From: Elsinoe ampelina
Lineage: Eukaryota
Direction: 5' to 3'
Assembly: GCA_010093995.1 (NCBI GenBank)
Contig: ML992502.1
Coordinates: 199,868 to 263,867 of the forward strand
DNA length: 64,000 bases
The position numbers and the translations under genes were made by a program. The notes under the pieces were generated by a model. It was given only the letters and a program-made list of their open reading frames with translations, did no database searches and was not told where the DNA came from. The number at the start of each line of letters is the position of its first letter. Within the stretch, counting starts at the first letter, position 1. Below, in pieces: positions 61,678 through 64,000 of the stretch.

Positions 61678-62562
61678 ATGGCAGCCCCACGATCCCTTCT
61701 CTCCCCTCTCACCCGCACAACCCGCCTTCCTCCCTCTTTTCGCCCCTACACCATCCCCCGCCGCCTCTCCTCCACCTCCCTCCCCACCTACGAACACATC
61801 ACCCTCACCACGCCCGCCCCGAAAGTCGGCCAAATAACCCTCAACCGCCCCAAAGCCCTCAACGCCCTCTGCACCCCGCTCATCAACGACCTCAACTCCG
61901 CCCTCGCCACCCTCCGCACCAACCCGGACATCCACGCCGTCGTCCTAACCGGCAGCCCCAAAGCCTTCGCCGCCGGCGCCGACATCAAAGAAATGGCCCC
62001 GCTCACCTTCGCCCAAGCCTACCGCGACGACTTCATCCTCAACTGGTCCGACCTGACCCTCTTCCCGAAACCCATCATCGCCGCCGTGAACGGGTACGCG
62101 CTCGGCGGCGGGTGCGAGCTGGCTATGATGTGCGACATTATCTACGCACATCGCGGGGCTACGTTCGGTCAGCCGGAGATCAAGCTGGGCGTTATCCCCG
62201 GGGCGGGGGGGAGTCAGCGGCTCACGCGCGCGGTGGGGAAGAGTAAAGCTATGGAAATCATACTCACTGGGGAGAACTTTTCGGGGGAAGAGGCGGAAAG
62301 GTGGGGTTTGGTGAGTAAGGTTTTTGAGACGCCGGAGGAGACGGTGGAGGCGGCGGTGAGGACGGCGGGGAAGATTGCGGGTTTTAGTAGGGTGGCTGTC
62401 AAGGCGGGGAAGGAGGTGGTGAATAAGAGTCAGGACTTGGGGTTGAGGGATGGGGTGGAGTTTGAGAGGAGGGTGTTCCATGGGTTGTTTGGGAGTCAGG
62501 ATCAGAAGGAGGGGATGGAGGCGTTTGCGGGCAAGAGGAAGGCGGAGTGGAGGCATGAGTAG
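61678..62562 (+). CDS. echA: Mitochondrial short-chain enoyl-CoA hydratase
   Basis: Presequence; ITLNRPKALNAL, FAAGADIKEM, AVNGYALGGGCELAMMCD, FGQPEIKLGVIPGAGGSQRL. Confidence 0.94.
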   Translation: MAAPRSLLSPLTRTTRLPPSFRPYTIPRRLSSTSLPTYEHITLTTPAPKVGQITLNRPKALNALCTPLINDLNSALATLRTNPDIHAVVLTGSPKAFAAGADIKEMAPLTFAQAYRDDFILNWSDLTLFPKPIIAAVNGYALGGGCELAMMCDIIYAHRGATFGQPEIKLGVIPGAGGSQRLTRAVGKSKAMEIILTGENFSGEEAERWGLVSKVFETPEETVEAAVRTAGKIAGFSRVAVKAGKEVVNKSQDLGLRDGVEFERRVFHGLFGSQDQKEGMEAFAGKRKAEWRHE

Positions 62563-62641
62563 GTGACACGGGTTGGGTGAAGGGTAAAAGGGGGAGATAG
62601 ATCTGCGCTCTTTGGGCGGAAATGTACAATTACCGATGGCC

Positions 62642-64000
62642 TCACCCGCCAAACAGCTTGCTGAAGTCTGCCTCCTGCTCTGCCCCTCTGACCGGTGCAG
62701 GCGGCGTGTTTTTCCTCCTCCTGCGCTCCCCTCCCGCCTTGCTAGGGAAGCTAGGGAACATCTCCTCCCTCTTCGGCTTCGGGTCTTCGGAGAAATACTC
62801 ATGTTCCAATACCTCCTCAGCGGTCAATCTCTTGCTAGGATCCAGCAGCAGTAGATCCTCAAGCAATGCTCGTCCAGCCTTGGTCAAGCTGCCAAACATG
62901 CCCCTTAGCTTCCCTTTCTCCTTGGTTCTGTCACTGGATGGTGTCTTGATTGTCCTTGCATTGGGCAACCTGCGCCAGCCCGGCCAGGATTTCTCGGTGG
63001 GCGTCCCTACGAGCTCAAAGATCTGTACTTCATTAGCGCTGTGGTATGTGCCCTTTTCTTCTGTCGAGTAGGATAGGTAGGAAAGAACGCACCTTGCTTA
63101 ATTGATCGACCTCGTTGCGGCCCTGCAGGACAGGATCGCGCGTGAGGAGCTCGGCGAAGACGCAGCCTAGACTCCACATGTCGACTGCTGCGTCGTACTC
63201 TTTGGTACCGAGTAGGAGCTCGGGGGACCTGTACCAGAGTGTTACGACTAGGGTGGTGAGATTTGGGGGAGGAGGACTGGAGGTGAAGCGGGCCATTCCA
63301 AAGTCTGCTAATTTGAGGCGACCAGTGGAAAGGAGAAGGATGTTCGAGGTCTTGATGTCCCGATGGAGGATGGAATTGCTGTGAAGATGGTAGAGGGCGG
63401 ATGAGAGTTGAAGTAGGAGCGACTTGGTCTCAGAAGGGGTGAAGGGAGCGGGCATGTCTGAGAGCAGGGACTTAAGGTCATGGGCTGCAAACTCCATGGA
63501 GAGGTAGATATCGGGGACCAGAGGAGACGCGGAAGATGGTTCTGTCGATGTGATGACTTCGTTGAGCGTGATGATATGCTTGTGTCTGGCTCGTTGCAGT
63601 GTCTGGATCTCTCGAAGGCATGTCACTGGTATCCCATAGGATGACGCTCCCTCGAGCTTCATCTTCTTGAGAGCCACGATCGTGTTGGATCTCAGATCTC
63701 GAGCTCGTGAGACATAGCCGTATGTCCCTTCTTCGATTGGATTGAGCGTCTCGAAGTCAGATATCGAGCGAGAGGGCGACCAGGTGCCAGTATCAAACCG
63801 CAACAATGGAGCACTTCCCTCAGCGTCCGTAGCATCGTTGGACAGCCTCTGCCGCTTTGAGGGCCGCCCTGAGTCTTCATCCGATCCTCTTATCGTCGTC
63901 TCCGCTACTTGTCTTGCCCTCGTCTGCTCTTCTTCCAGCTTACGCTGCTTCTCTGCTTTGGCTCTTTTCTTCTCTTCCTTTTCCTGTTTGCGCCGAGCTG
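62642..64000 (-). CDS. CDK11/PITSLRE-like kinase (5' end outside the window)
   Basis: IEEGTYGYVSRA, VALKK, GIPVTCLREI, HRDIKTSN, DFGMAR, VVTLWYRSPE; intron 63023-63092; C-terminal FPSFPSKAGGERRR. Confidence 0.9.

Overview
Gene-dense, intron-containing DNA from a filamentous ascomycete (probably a Dothideomycete; this is inferred from protein style, the short 46-70 nt GT-AG introns and RIP). The first ~2.3 kb is the 3' end of a RIP-destroyed Ty1/copia LTR retrotransposon (RNase H relic, polypurine tract, 142-bp 3' LTR). About 24 protein genes follow, mostly housekeeping: USP, arylsulfotransferase, PTH11-like protein, GDS1-like protein, FAD amino-acid oxidase, OMS1, TBP, KES1/OSH4, arylsulfatase, kynureninase, two BTB proteins, 5'-nucleotidase, RNPS1, importin-7, SKI2, CSM3, THOC1, a homeobox factor, eIF4G, an LEA-like protein, RER1, enoyl-CoA hydratase and a CDK11-like kinase. 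Main finding: both tRNA genes I could find (tRNA-Thr AGT at 24475-24635 minus; tRNA-Thr TGT at 52355-52477 plus) are interrupted in the D-loop by a 51-52 nt insert that looks like a spliceosomal (U2-type, mRNA-style) intron, with GT(G/C)AGT donor, CTRAC branch point and AG acceptor. Exact GT-AG removal restores 72-nt cloverleaves, and the AGT gene also carries a conventional 37/38 tRNA intron. I know of no precedent for spliceosomal introns in tRNA genes. All coordinates were read by hand and no searches were run.
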